From Macrostomum lignano (Eukaryota), in contig NIVC01002627.1 of the NCBI GenBank assembly GCA_002269645.1, positions 1 through 64,000 on the forward strand: a stretch of 64,000 nt of DNA, in the 5' to 3' direction. The notes under the pieces are model-generated. The model was not told the DNA's origin. It was given only the letters and a program-made list of their open reading frames with translations, and ran no database searches. Shown piece after piece: positions 23,701 to 36,020 of the stretch (position 1 is its first letter; each line of letters begins with the position of its first letter). The translations under genes were made by a program, and so were the position numbers.

Positions 23701-23819
23701 TTCTGAGACTTGCACTCCTGAATGACGCTCTCATCGTCCAGCACTTCGGCTAGTTGTACATCAGATTTTTCCAACACCGTGTCAATGTTGGACAGCATGC
23801 AGGGCATTTGCCAAAACAT
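20752..23819 (-). CDS. PPP6R3: PP6 regulatory subunit (SAPS/SIT4-associated, PPP6R family); exons 23819-23445, 22880-22518, 22356(or 22353)-20752
   Basis: N-terminus MFWQ..NIDTVLEK.DVQLAEVLDDESVIQECKSQNSKLLTYL, ELLTCDI, LNPLTASFVSK, AYPWCSFLH, GYRGHL and an acidic C-terminus match the SAPS domain. GT-AG junctions are in frame. The paralog assignment is nominal. Confidence 0.92.
22990..23290 (-). repeat. 23-bp array in PPP6R intron 1; reverse complement of the 18775-19250 array
   Basis: ACCTGTCTAATCTCCCTTCACTC. Confidence 0.9.
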
Positions 23820-23934
23820 GGCGGCAGATTTGGCTGCGGTTAATAAGTTTTAATTGCTTTCGGATTCAAGGAATTTAGGAAATTCGAATACCTATGCTTA
23901 CAATTAATATTCTGTACGCATAATTGTGAGAAAG

Positions 23935-24780
23935 ATCAAATCAAATCAGAGCCTCTCACATTCAATCAGAACCCCTCACATCCAATCAGAACCCCTCACA
24001 TTCAATCAGAACCCCTCACATCCAATCAGAACCCCTCACATCCAATCAGAACCCCTCACATCCAATCAGAACCCCTCACATCCAATCAGAACCCCTCACA
24101 TCCAATCAGAACCCCTCACATTCAATCAGAACCCCTCATATCCAATCAGAACCCCTCACATCCAATCAGAACCCCCCCCCACATCCAATCAGAACCCCTC
24201 ACATTCAATCAGAACCCCTCACAGCCAATCAGAACCCTCACATTCAATCAGAACCCCTCACATTTAATCAGAACCCCTTACATTCAATCGGAACCCCTTA
24301 TACCCAATCAGAACCCCTCACATTCAATCGGAAACCCATACCCATTCAGAACCCCTCACACCCAAGCAGAACCCTTCAAATTCAATCAGAAACCCTCACA
24401 TTCAATCGGAACCCCTCAAACCCAATCGAAACGCCTCACATCTAATCAGAACCCTTCAAATTCAATCAGAACCCCTCACACCAAATCAGAACCCCTCATA
24501 TCCAATCAGACAACTTCATATCCAATCAAAACTCCTCACACCAAATCAGAACCCCTCACACCAAATCAGAACCCCTCACACCAAATCAGAACCCCTCACA
24601 CCAAATCAGAACCCCTCATATCCAATCAGAAACCCTCACACCAAATCAGAACCCCTCATATCAAATCAGAAACCCCTCCCATTTAATCAGAACCATCGCG
24701 GCCAATCAGAAGCACTTAAACTGAACCAAAACCCCTTACAACCAATCAGAACACCTCACACCCAATCAGACCACCCACGC
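23935..24780. repeat. 20-bp array x ~40 upstream of PPP6R
   Basis: TCCAATCAGAACCCCTCACA. Confidence 0.93.
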
Positions 24781-25631
24781 ATTTTTAGATACTGTGTCAC
24801 CTGTCTAGCTTGTAATTTTTGTAAAAATAACTTGGAAAAACGGAAAATTTCATTGAATATTAAATTATAACTTCCGTTTTTAATTGACGCTTAAAATGAG
24901 AAAAACAGCTGGTAACATTGCACAATAAAGTTATTAAATCAACTGAGTATATGTGGAATAAAAAACTAACAAATAAAAAGTCAAATGTGAAACTTATTAA
25001 ACGATATAAAATTTTAACAAACCTAAGTAATTAATCAACAGATTTCTGTATCAATCACAATAATATCTGTCTTATACTTAAAGTAAGCATATTTTTGGGA
25101 CTAAAAATATATATAGACTGGGAAGAAAGCACGTTTGAAAAAAAAGTTACTGAATGTTGGACAGAGAAAAATAATTCATTTAAATCCTGCATAGAAAAGT
25201 TCTGCATTGCATTGTGCGGTAAATAGCTTTAAAAATTACAAATTTATACTAAATAACCTACATTTTCAAACTATACTACTCAATCAGTAAGCTTGAAGCG
25301 ATTTTTATCCAAGTTTTAGAAAATAATTCCAAAGTAAAAAGAATCTGCTGCATTGTAAATGTGAATAAATGGAATTCTTTGTTCCAGGTAGTTAATATAT
25401 CTTGGCCGTCACTTGAAATTATACCTGCTAATAGTTGCTCAAGCGTATAGAATAGGAATGATAAAAAACTAATTTATTAGGCAAAGCATACTAACAATAC
25501 TCATTTTAATACTGGATTACTGTCTGACTATAATTATGCATTAATACTCGAAGACTGACGAGCTGGAAAGTCTGATTTAACCGGCCAAACTAATTCTGTA
25601 ATACTTAGCCTATTATATAACCGAACTGTGC

Positions 25632-25895
25632 CAAGCATCAGAGAGAGAGAGAGAGTAAAGCCATGGCTTAAAGAGAGGCTTTGATGCCAAAGCTCACAGG
25701 GGATGCCGACACGAGTATCCTAGGCTGGATAGGAACTGATTACACCTGCCTTAATGGTCGCCCCACACCCTCAATTCCCCAGCTAATGCTGGCACCGGCT
25801 AATGCTGGCACACAAATTGTTCCGAGTGGGATCGGGAATCGAACCCCCGACGTTTCAGTCATGAGTCCGACGCTCTAACCACTAATACTATAGTT
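25632..25895 (-). mobile_element. tRNA-derived SINE, variant lacking the central CORE-like domain
   Basis: The minus strand has an A-box-like TAGTGG..GCGTCGGACTC and B box GGTTCGATTCC. It shares CAGCATTAGCTGGGG..AATTGAGGGTGTG..GGCGACC and GGCAGGTGTAAT with the 35.7 kb copy, and has a (CT)n tail. Confidence 0.75.
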
Positions 25896-26547
25896 GAGTT
25901 CTTCCTTTAGGATGCTAACAATAGCGACTATACACAATCAAAACCTACATGTAGCTTATTCAAACACAATCTATGCCACAGATACTAGAATATCTAGATG
26001 GGCCACTCAGGGCATTTATATTTAGCAAAACAGCTTTCTACTTTTAAGTTCAGTAGCAAAGAAGAATGCATAAGCTATTTTATAAGAATAAAGGCAGCTG
26101 AAATTACTTTGATAAGTTTAGAAGGCCATACTTGCAGGCGTAAACAACTTGCTAATTGGTTCAGCAATAATGTACATTAGTCAGTCCACTGAAATGTACA
26201 TGGCAGCTTTAGGCTGCAATTCCGAGAAAGGCAATAAAAATTGGGGCGGGCGGAGGGGGTAGTGTGGAAAGGCGCAGTTGGAACGCTTAAGCTGGGAGGT
26301 AAGAGCCAATTAATAAGCCTTACGTTTAAAAAAATTAAAATACTTCTGTTTACTTACTACTGAACTGAAAGTAGCTTGTACGCAAATGCGCTGGGTGGCC
26401 TATCTAGTTATTCTAGCATCTGTGATCTATGCCCTGTTGGTAACAGGCCGGAGTAAATTATACTGCATTTCGAAGAACGAATGCCTCGCCAGATAATTAG
26501 TACTTAATTTGAAACTTCGGAATGGATTTTTTAGACTTAATGATTAG

Positions 26548-28680
26548 TTAAAATCGATTATCACAACTTGACACCTGATTATTTGAAGCTGCCACCACAG
26601 CCTCGCCATCATCGGCCAGAGTGGAACTTGTTGAAGCCGTGTTCGACACCGAAGCATCAGCGCTGACAGGTTGATGAGGCCGATGCCGCCGCCAGCGTCT
26701 TCGATCCACGGTGCTGTAGGCCGGAGGCGGCGTACCGACTGCCGCATAGTGAGGCGGCGGCGGCGGGCACCGGCTACGAATTCTACTACTATTAGTAGCA
26801 CTATTAGCGGCAGTAGTAGCAATAGCAATAAAATCTCGATTGCCAAAATCTGACACAATTAATCCGTTGCCACGCGGATCTAACATAATTCGGGAATCTC
26901 TCGGCCTGAGCTGCCGGCCGCAGGCGAGACAGCAGGACAAAGCGACGCCTAATTCCATTAGGCTTAACAGCATAGCTAATCCGCTAGTGATTAGATCGGC
27001 TAGATCTGGCGGAGATCGCCTACTACTAATAGTAGATTGCGCCACATTAAAATACTGATGCGCTTCAACAATATAGGCGTGCAAAGCGATGCCGCTGCAG
27101 CTTAGAAGGATTAAGCTGGCTAAGCAGGCTGCCTGGCACAGTACGAACAGGCCCAGCACAGTGCCAAACTGTTTCCTCCGGCTGGTGGCGATGCCGTGAC
27201 AGGCGGCTGTCAGAATTACGGCTCCGGCTATTAGTCTGGCGAATACGCAGCTGCCGGCAGATTCCTTTGATCTGGGTGGGAGATTAGCCATCCCTTAGTT
27301 GGTTGCGGTTAAATATGAGGCGGTACTCAACACAGATGGAGAGGGATAGAATGAGAGGAAGAGAATGGCGGAGAGAAGGGAGAAGAGGAGGGAGAGAAGG
27401 GGAGAGAGAAGGGGAGAGAGAGAAGGGAAGGGAGAAGAGGAGGGAGAGAAGGGGAGAGAGAAGGGGAGAGAGAGAGAAGGGGAGAGAGAAGGGGAGAGAG
27501 AGAGAAGGGGAGAGAGAAGGGGAGAGAGAGAGAAGGGAAGAGAGAAGGGGAGAGAGAAGGGGGAGAGAAGGGGAGAGAGAAGGGGAGAGAGAAGGGGAGA
27601 GAGAAGGGGAGAGAGAAGGGGAGAGAGAAGGGGAGAGAGAAGGGGAGAGAGAAGAGGAGAGAGAAGGGGAGAGAGAAGAGGAGAGAGAAGGGGAGAGAGA
27701 AGGGGAGAGAGAAGGGGAGAGAGAAGGGGAGAGAGAAGGGAGAGAAGGGGAGAGAGAAGGGGAGAGAGAGAAGGGAGAAAAGGGGGAGAGAGAAGGGGAG
27801 AGAGAAGGGGAAAGGAGGGAGAGAAGGGGAGAGAGGAGAGGAGGGAGAGAAGGGGAGAGAGAAGGGAGAGAAGGGAGAGAAGGGGAGAAATAAGGGGAGA
27901 GAGAAGGGGAGAGAGAAGGGGAGAGAGAAGGGGAGAGAGAAGGGGAGAGAGAAGGGGAGAGAGAAGGGGAGAGAGAAGGGAAAAGAGGAGGGAGAGAAGG
28001 GGAGAGAGAAGGGGAGAGAGAGAAGGGAGAAAAGGGGGAGAGAGAAGGGGAGAGAGAAGGGGAAAGGAGGGAGAGAAGGGGAGAGAGGAGAGGAGGGAGA
28101 GAAGGGGAGAGAGAAGGGAGAGAAGGGAGAGAAGGGGAGAAAGAAGGGGAGAGAGAAGGGGAGAGAGAAGGGGAGAGAGAAGGGGAGAGAGAAGGGGAGA
28201 GGAGGGAGAGAAGGGGAGAGAGGAGAGGAGGGAGAGAAGGGGAGAGAGAAGGGGAGAGAGAATGGAAAGGAGAAGAGAAGGGAGAGAAGAGGGAGGCAAT
28301 AGACGAGAAGGGGGAGGTATGAGATTGGTAAGGGAGAGGAAAGACAAGAGACAAGCAGGAAGACATCAAATAACAATTATTTACAAATAAAAGAAGCCAA
28401 ACCAAACAGACCTGGTGGCAGCTACAGCAGACAAAATAAGGGCAGCTGTGGCGCACAGAGCCTGCACCAGAGACATCACAAATAAGCTCTCATTGCGAAT
28501 ACGGCGCCTAGTCAATCCAAATAGGCATATACAGAATCTGTGCCAAAGGTAATAGCCCCATGTCTGCTGCTGCACTGCCGAGTCAGCTGATGGCATAGCA
28601 GCATTGTTGACACTGATAGTGGATATTGACACTGGGCACTGACTGTTATCAGTCTGTGGTACAGTGTCCCCTGCAGCCAT
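26548..28680 (-). CDS. CD20/MS4A-like four-helix membrane protein with C-terminal PPxY motifs; exons 28680-28412, 27271-26548
   Basis: Phase-2 junction ACCAG|gtctgt...cccag|ATCAAAG. Hydrophobic segments: VMSLVQALCATAALILSAVA, LIAGAVILTAACHGI, VLGLFVLCQAACLASLILLSCSGIAL, LAMLLSLMELGVALSCCLAC. The tail has PPHY and PPAY. Confidence 0.65.
27350..28330. repeat. Homopurine (GGGGAGAGAGAA)n array in the intron of the CD20-like gene
   Basis: About 1 kb made almost only of G and A. Confidence 0.95.
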
Positions 28681-29307
28681 TTTATGGGCAATGATAGACA
28701 AGCTGATCTAAATGACCTGTTTTGTTTTAGCTTTGTTAACCACTTGTTCAAAATGAACTGAAAAAAAGTAATTAAACAATTTTATAGTCATGGTTCTATG
28801 GGATTAGGAATATTAGATAAGAAGGCATTTTTTAGGATAAAAAGTCAAAAGTATATATTAGGCCTTAACAGCTTTGCCTATTGTCTTATTGTTAAAATAT
28901 TAGACAATACGAGTATTAAACATTTTATTTTTGTACTTAGGGGCTTAGTAATACCCTAATGGCATTGTCATTTTGACCTTATACTATATCATTCTATTGG
29001 TATTTTAGCTTTAAACTGTGTATATAATATAAAATACCTTCATTAAAAATATATTTCTCTTTAAAAGAGTATTTATTATTATCATGTTTTGCTAAGCAAT
29101 CGATGATTTTTACTTAAGTCTTTTTATATATAAAGTTTTTATATTTTTCCTATGTAAAATATATTGTCTCACCTAGTTATAATTTTGATCTTGAAAGTAA
29201 ATAATAAAAATATCTAATAATCTATGAAGTAATATATTAGGATTAAAAAATATGAAAATATATTACTTTCAAATATTATCATACTGGTATACTTAAACAT
29301 GAATTCT

Positions 29308-30848
29308 GGCTATTTTGCCAGCAAACCATTTTGCCCATAGACTGTTTTGCCTATAAGCCAGTTTGACTATAGGCATTTAGACCACAATAGTGATTTGATT
29401 ATATGTACCTATCCATATTACTAAGCAATATTTAGCTTTTCAATGCTAATGTTTTATCTTTAATATATAATAAAATATAAATACTAGGCACCCAATCTAT
29501 GAAAGGAAGGGTATACCTATATGATAAAAATTTCTGTCATATATTGGCCTTACCTATATTGCACATATTGTATATATAACTTAAGTTACGCTTATAGCAA
29601 CTTTAAACTATTATTCACTTGTGTCATAACAATGATTGTAGCAATAAGTCAATGCTAAGGCTAAGCCAACAACATATAGTTCATAATTTCCAAAAGACAA
29701 TATTAAAAATTTCTCTTTGCTTTTAGGAAATGTTTTATTTATATAATAACTATATAATTGCTAGTTGCTAAGCAATTGCTAATTGCTTAAAATTTGCAAG
29801 TATATCTAGAGTATTCTTCTTTGTAAGTTTTTGATAACTTTAGCACTGATGCTATCAAATTGTTTGCAAAATCATTTAGCATTTTTAGTGTTTTTCTTCT
29901 ATAGATTGGAAGGTGACATGTACGCCGGGATTTCCCAGTATACAATAAGGGTCTTTACCATTTTTAGCGTACATCATGACACAGCAAATACATTGTGTCA
30001 GATAACAATTTTTTTATATTGGTGCACACACCTACAACCTCAAACCTCAAAGCCTACAAATGAGGTCTTGTCATTTTTTCTAGCATTGAACCCAGCATAT
30101 ACTAATATATAATCTAAACTATGGTTTTTCCCATAGTCTTGTAGAGGCCCTTTTTTGGTAAAAATTCCTGCACAGATAGGCCTTTGAATAAGTGTGCCAC
30201 ACTTGCAGCATAGAACCATTTCTACCACATATAGCCATGTACTTAGTGTGCATAGCAAATTGTATGCTGCTATGCAATGTTAGTATGCCGTGTGCAGTGG
30301 TACAATGCAAGAGAGTCAACAGTGCAGCTCATATATCAAGACCAAATTGAAAATCTATTAAACTGAAATAATATTCTTATTAATGTAAATATGTTTTTAT
30401 TTTCTTAAGGATTTATATATAGTTTTATATGTTTCAACAAATATTTATTGATTGCATGATGTAACAAAGACATTTTCTATAGTTTTATTTAAACTGTTTA
30501 CTTTTTGAAAAAGTTTATTCCTAGTACTAAAACTTCTGCATATAAAAACATTACACTGGTGGCATTGCAAATTTTACTTATTGTTTTTTAATGTTAGTCT
30601 TGATAAATGATGTCTTCATTTTTATAGCAATTTAAGTAATCTATGTGTAGTGTGCATATAATTGTTGCAATGGCAAAAAGGTCCTTTATTCTTGCAACTG
30701 CAAAAAAGGTCATTTATTGTCACAACTCCAAAAAGTTCTAAAATTATATAAAAAGCACATAAGTCATTTTGATCAGACACAGGCTTGGAGGAAAAATGGT
30801 CCATGGCTGAATAGTCTATGGCCAAAATGGTTTAGGGGCAAAATGACC
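29308..30848. mobile_element. Unclassified decayed TIR DNA element (~1.54 kb) with ~15-bp subterminal repeats
   Basis: Left end GGCTATTTTGCCAGCAAACCATTTTGCCCATAGACTG aligns with the reverse complement of the right end, GGTCATTTTGCCCCTAAACCATTTTGGCCATAGACTA. Confidence 0.55.
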
Positions 30849-30966
30849 AATTACCTTAAATATGAATAAATAGTAGTGATCTAACATAATTGTAACTATG
30901 CTTATTGATATGGGAAAATTTAGGGTGGCACTTTTTAGCAAAATTTGGTTTTGGATTGTACTTGTA

Positions 30967-32278
30967 TGAGGGGTAATCAAAAAGTTCTGCAATCTCTTGT
31001 TATAGCTTTTAGGTATAGAATCAGAAAAAGCCAAAAACTTATACATATGCGGCTATATCTGTTTGCTATATTTATATGCATTTTTGGCTTCCAAATATGC
31101 CCTAGTCAAATTTTACAGCCATATATTTCCCATGTGTTTTCATTAGCTGATGGAACCATCAAAAGACAATGTTTGCTTCTATATCTTTATGCACATGCAA
31201 CTTGGCTGCAGAGCAATTGAGATTCATACTGATCTAGTGAATGTTTTAGCTGACTCTGCTCCATCATTTGAAATGGTTGCCCACTGGGTGCGCCATTTCT
31301 CAGAAGGCTGGGACAGCTTCAACAATGAACCAAGGTCTGGCCGACCTTGGATATTCGTTACCAAAGATGTTGTGGCCTATGGTGATGCAATAATTCATGA
31401 GGATCGGAGCATTATGCTGAGATTCCTTGCCTATGAGCTTGGTGTTAGCTATGGAAGTGCTCATAACATCATGCCTGAGCAACTGGGCCGCACAAAGACC
31501 TGCGCTTGGTGGGTACCCCATATTCTTACTCTAGAGCAGCAAGCAGAGAGGGTGTGCATCTGTTGCTTGTGGCTGCAAATGTTTGAGCCCCACAGCCCAC
31601 GATGACTGTTGGATGTCATCACAGGAGACAAATGTTGGATCGCCTTCTTTGCCATGAAGGATGAGCAGTCCAAAATGGTCTGGCTAGCAGAAGATGAGCC
31701 AAGGCCTGAGGTGCTAAAGACCGGATTCTGCAGTTAGAAGCAGATGTTCACTATTTTTTTTATTCTCAGGGTGTTGTATCGGTGAAAATCTTTACAGCAG
31801 GTGCCACAATGACTGCCAGGTACTACACAGACACTGTTCTACCAGGCGTGCTACAGGAGTGGTAGGAACGTGTGCAAACCAGGCATGGACCTCAACTCCT
31901 GCTGCACCATGACAATGCGGCATCGCACAGAGCAGACTCAACCATGGCATACCTGGAGCAACAAGGGGGTCCAGCTGCTGCCCCATCTACTCTACTTTTT
32001 AGACCTAGCACCTTGCGACTTTTGGCTGTTCTGGAGGATCAAATCCATCATTTTTGGGAAGCTATTTTCACATATACAAGACCTTGTAGTACATTTAGCT
32101 CTATAGGATATACCAACTTTGGAGTACCATGAATGCTTTCAGTCATGGTGCACACACATGCAACAGTGCATAGATGTTGGTGGAAAGTTACTTTGAGGGA
32201 ATGTAACAATGATTAGATGCCTCAGTTGCTGTAACACTGAGTTATGAGATCACTTACAGAACTTTTTGATCACCCTTG
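30967..32278 (+). mobile_element. Mariner (DD34D) DNA transposon, full length (1312 bp), inactive
   Basis: TA at both flanks. TIRs are TGAGGGGTAATCAAAAAGTTCTGCAA and (rc) CAAGGGTGATCAAAAAGTTCTGTAA, with a transposase remnant inside. Confidence 0.93.
31150..32206 (+). pseudogene. Mariner transposase pseudogene
   Basis: EPRSGRP, WVPHILT, ITGDK(=E)CW, LHHDNA.(34 aa).DLAPCDFWLF and YFEGM*, with several stops and frameshifts. Confidence 0.92.
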
Positions 32279-33613
32279 TAGCTAAAGAGATCTTGGGCAC
32301 TAGTGCAGTTTTGTTTGCAAAATTATTTTTTTTTAATTTGTGCTAAGTTCTAATGATTGATAATGCTAACAAAATTTCAACATCATTGTCACGTTGGTCA
32401 GCAAAATTTCATAGAATTATTTTTCATTTGAATATACGCGCCAGTGCCAAGGATTTGAATCAATGATTTGAGTGATAATGCAATGTGGCAAAGAAGTCTA
32501 CCTTGTGAGTTATCTTATCTATGGCCTAAAGGGGTGGTCTGATAATTGCTAAGTGCAAGGGGGTGGAAATAGCAAAAAGTTTTTACTAAATCTATTTTTT
32601 CTAAAGCAAAAAGTATTCTTATAAGCATATTCTACATTTTGTGGACCCATATAACCCAACCCTATATATGAACACCATTGAAGGCACATAAGCTCATTGC
32701 AAGGCCAAGTTCTAGCAGCTTAAAGAGGACTTATAGTGAGCTCTTTGAGTCCTATATTTAGGAGTTTATATGGTAGCGTGTGCATAGAGATCTAGAAGCA
32801 GCATTTGCTAACATCCTGTATTGGATCCATCATTATTATTAACAACAATTGATCCATAACTATTGTGGCAGTTGTGTGCCACTGATGAAAACAGTTAGTG
32901 AATTTATTAACCGTTGCACTAATGACTTTAAAGCTATTACTAATATTTTAATTGTCCGCTCGTTGTCAAGAAATTCCAGTTAAAGTTTATTCTTCCCTTG
33001 CTTGGAAAATGTTTCTTCCCCCGCTGGAATCCAAGTTAAAATTTGTTATATTTTTTTATTTTTCGTGTGTTAACGAGCCTATCCACCGGAGGGCTCTATT
33101 CTCAGGACTTTTAGTCCAGATGGGCATCCAGCAGCACCCCCATCTGATGCTTGTAATATTTTCTCCTAATATTTATACTGCCTCTGATGGCCGCCTTATT
33201 GCATGCTTGCGTTTCTTTTTCTTTCCCCCCCTCCCTTCCTCCCTCGTGCTCGTACTTGCTTTGTTTCGTCACTCTCTTTCGCGTTTTGTACTAACAGTTA
33301 GCCTTTATCTTATTTAGTCAATGCACCGGCACCCATGACATCAATACTTGTCAAAAATAATGGTTACTTAATTCATTTGATTATTAGCATTTTAAAACCT
33401 GCTCAGCCAATAAATAATAACAGCTAATAAACACTAAATCCAAACCAAATTTATTTCTATTGACATAGGCCATAGTATTTATTAAGTCATTTGCCCGTGG
33501 GGCATAAAATAACCAAAGTTCTCATCTCAAAGAAAGCTCTGAGACTTATTTGTTCCATAATACATAAATTATGGTGGTGGCAGCAACTACCCTACTGAAA
33601 GTAACAAACTCAG

Positions 33614-33900
33614 CTATTTGACGTATTATCTTACGGAGTCAGGAATCTCCGACTACAATGTTTCATCGATTCGAATGACCTCGCCGCTACACGACCGCTT
33701 CGCTACGATTACGACTACCCTCCCCCTGGACTTGAGAACCTGGCAGTTGGAGTAAAAGGAGAAAATTTTCCTGTTGAGTTTTGTCTGCGCGATTTTTCCG
33801 GTTTTATTTGTGTGAACTCAATGTCAGCGGCAATTCAAATGTGGAATCCGCCCTACCTCACTGGTGTCAACCAATATTTCAAAAACCCAAGAACTACCAA
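33614..33900 (+). other. Possible unassigned coding exon
   Basis: CpG-retaining frame open for ~143 codons in an AT-rich setting, with a candidate acceptor CAG at 33613: LFDVLSYGVRNLRLQCFIDSNDL..RYDYDYPPPGLENLAVG..VNSMSAAIQMWNPPY. No family recognised. Confidence 0.3.
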
Positions 33901-35728
33901 AAAAATTCTTCTTCGCCCCCACCTTACTATACTAAGCTACAAACTCCTTTTTCTAGTTTCCAGTTACATTTATAATTGTTATAAACAAACCAACAAAAGT
34001 TTTACATGTTATAATAGTTCCTTGCACTCCCAATAGTAAGAAAATAAAGTTAGAATTATTTGCTTAGCTAAATTCAAAAGAAAAATAATTTTGCCAATTA
34101 AACTGCACTAGCACTAGATCTTTTCTAGAGGCTTTTCATAGTACCAATTCCAGAATCAAAATCGGTTTGGATCTTCCAAGAAAAACAGCAGTATAACTAT
34201 TTAATTCTGTTGAATGTTTGACTGCCTTAACAACCTCACTTAGCACAACTTTTCACTTTCCTCTTGGCAATTGTCATTCAATAATAAAAACTTTATAGCA
34301 CATATCTCCCTCTAGTTATGGAGACAAAAAGTTATACTTCACAAATTGGTTCTGGTTCTGTAACCAGAACAAGCAATATGAAAAAGCCCCTAGTGGCAAG
34401 CTACAGTTTAGTTTATAGAGATTTGGAGCACCTTATATAATTTCCTGTAAGGCCATAATAATAAATATAATATAATATGAATTGAAAATTCTCTTTTAAG
34501 CATTTTAAATCATCTTTTAAGCAAGCATTTTAATACCAAGTTTGATAGGTAGAGGGATTTTCCACTAAATTTAATTTCATTTCAAATTTCATATTTTGGC
34601 TAAATATTGGCTAGATACTGATACTGGTACTGATAAGTGATGAACTATAATGCTTAACTTCCCATCTTCCCTTTCTTGAGGGAGCTCAAACTCAGCTTAG
34701 GGCTCTCAGTCTCAGGCTTAGGGAGGGCGAGGCTAAGCCACAAATTACAAAACTAAAAATATCAATATACACTTAAGCACAGAATGGCTTAGTATCTCAG
34801 ATATGAATGAGTAGTCACGAAGGCCGACCTTACCAACCAATAATTTAAACTTTCGAACAAAGCCTTGTCCAGTTGTCACTGTCAGTCATGTTTGGTTGCC
34901 GAAGAAGATCGGATCGAGCCAGCCAGCCAGCCACGAAAACTCCTTTCAAAGAAATGCCAATTTAAAACTGCTATAGAGATTTGCAAAAAAAATATTAACA
35001 AAACACAGTAACATTAAGCAGTATTAAAACAGTAAAAACAGTAACTATTAATAAATTATAAATAATTCACAAAAACAATTTGTTTCGTTTTTAACGTGTA
35101 TATTACTTGATTTTTAGAGGGGGTGCTGTCGTCATCATCATCAGATGTCGTTGTTCAATATTTCAACGTTAAGCAAGCAATGTACAGCTTTAAACTTGTA
35201 AGTTGTAGGGCCTATTATACTACAAAACATGCATGAAAGAATGGCATATGGATGATATGGAGAATGTAGAATGTAATCCTAATGTATTGTATGATAACAT
35301 GTCCATTTATCTCTCAGGATCTTGTAATGACTAAGTTACAGTTAATGATATGAAACTTTAAAACTGTTCAACAGATTTTAGTTTTCCACTATTTAATCTA
35401 TCTTAATAATATATCTGATGACTGTGTTACCTGGGCCTAGCCTAGTGCCATGGTAAATCTAGTCCTACTTAAGTTTTTAGCTGAAAATATTGCTGATGGT
35501 TGGTGCCTAATTTTTTTTGTCCTAAATATTATAAATTATAAAATAACTTTTCAGTTTTCTATGATTTTTTGGGCTTCTTGAAGTTAATGTTGATAAAATA
35601 GTTGCAATTTTGATAGGATCATAATTCCGTCTCTATAGGGGTTTTTGATGGTGCTGATTAGTGATTTCAAATTTGAGCTCCATTTTTTGGTAGCTTTAAC
35701 CCAATTATATGTAGCTTAAAGCCAATAA

Positions 35729-36020
35729 GGGGTTGTAGCCTAGTGGTTAGGGCGTCGGACTCACGACTTGAAGGTCGGGGGTTCGATTCCTGATCCCTCT
35801 GCAACAATTTGTGTCCTTGAGCAAGACACTTAACTCTGCGTTGCTTCAGTTTACCCAGCTGTAAAATGGGTACCAGCATTAGCTGGGGTAATTGAGGGTG
35901 TGTGTGGCGACCCCCCAGTCCTTGGACTGAACAGCCGTACGCAGCCTTCAGATGCGCCGCGCAATAGCTGCGGCTGAGCTGTTGGTTGCACATCTGCCCA
36001 TTGGGCAGGTGTAATAAATT
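35729..36020 (+). mobile_element. tRNA-derived SINE with CORE-like central domain
   Basis: A box TAGCCTAGTGG and B box GGTTCGATTCC. These are followed by GTGTCCTTGAGCAAGACACTTAACTC..CTTCAGTTTACCCAGCTGTAAAATGGG, which aligns with the MIR/CORE consensus TGTGACCTTGGGCAAGTTACTTAACC..CCTCAGTTTCCTCATCTGTAAAATGGG. Confidence 0.82.

Noticed and set aside
29850-30335. Decayed transposase or other ORF inside the TIR element (minus strand)
   Set aside because: My best frame has about 8 stops in ~150 codons, which is no better than AT-rich background, and shows no catalytic motif.
35729-35802. Functional tRNA gene (also 25820-25895)
   Set aside because: The acceptor stem is poor, the two copies differ at the apparent anticodon (CAC vs CAT), and both continue into a shared SINE body.
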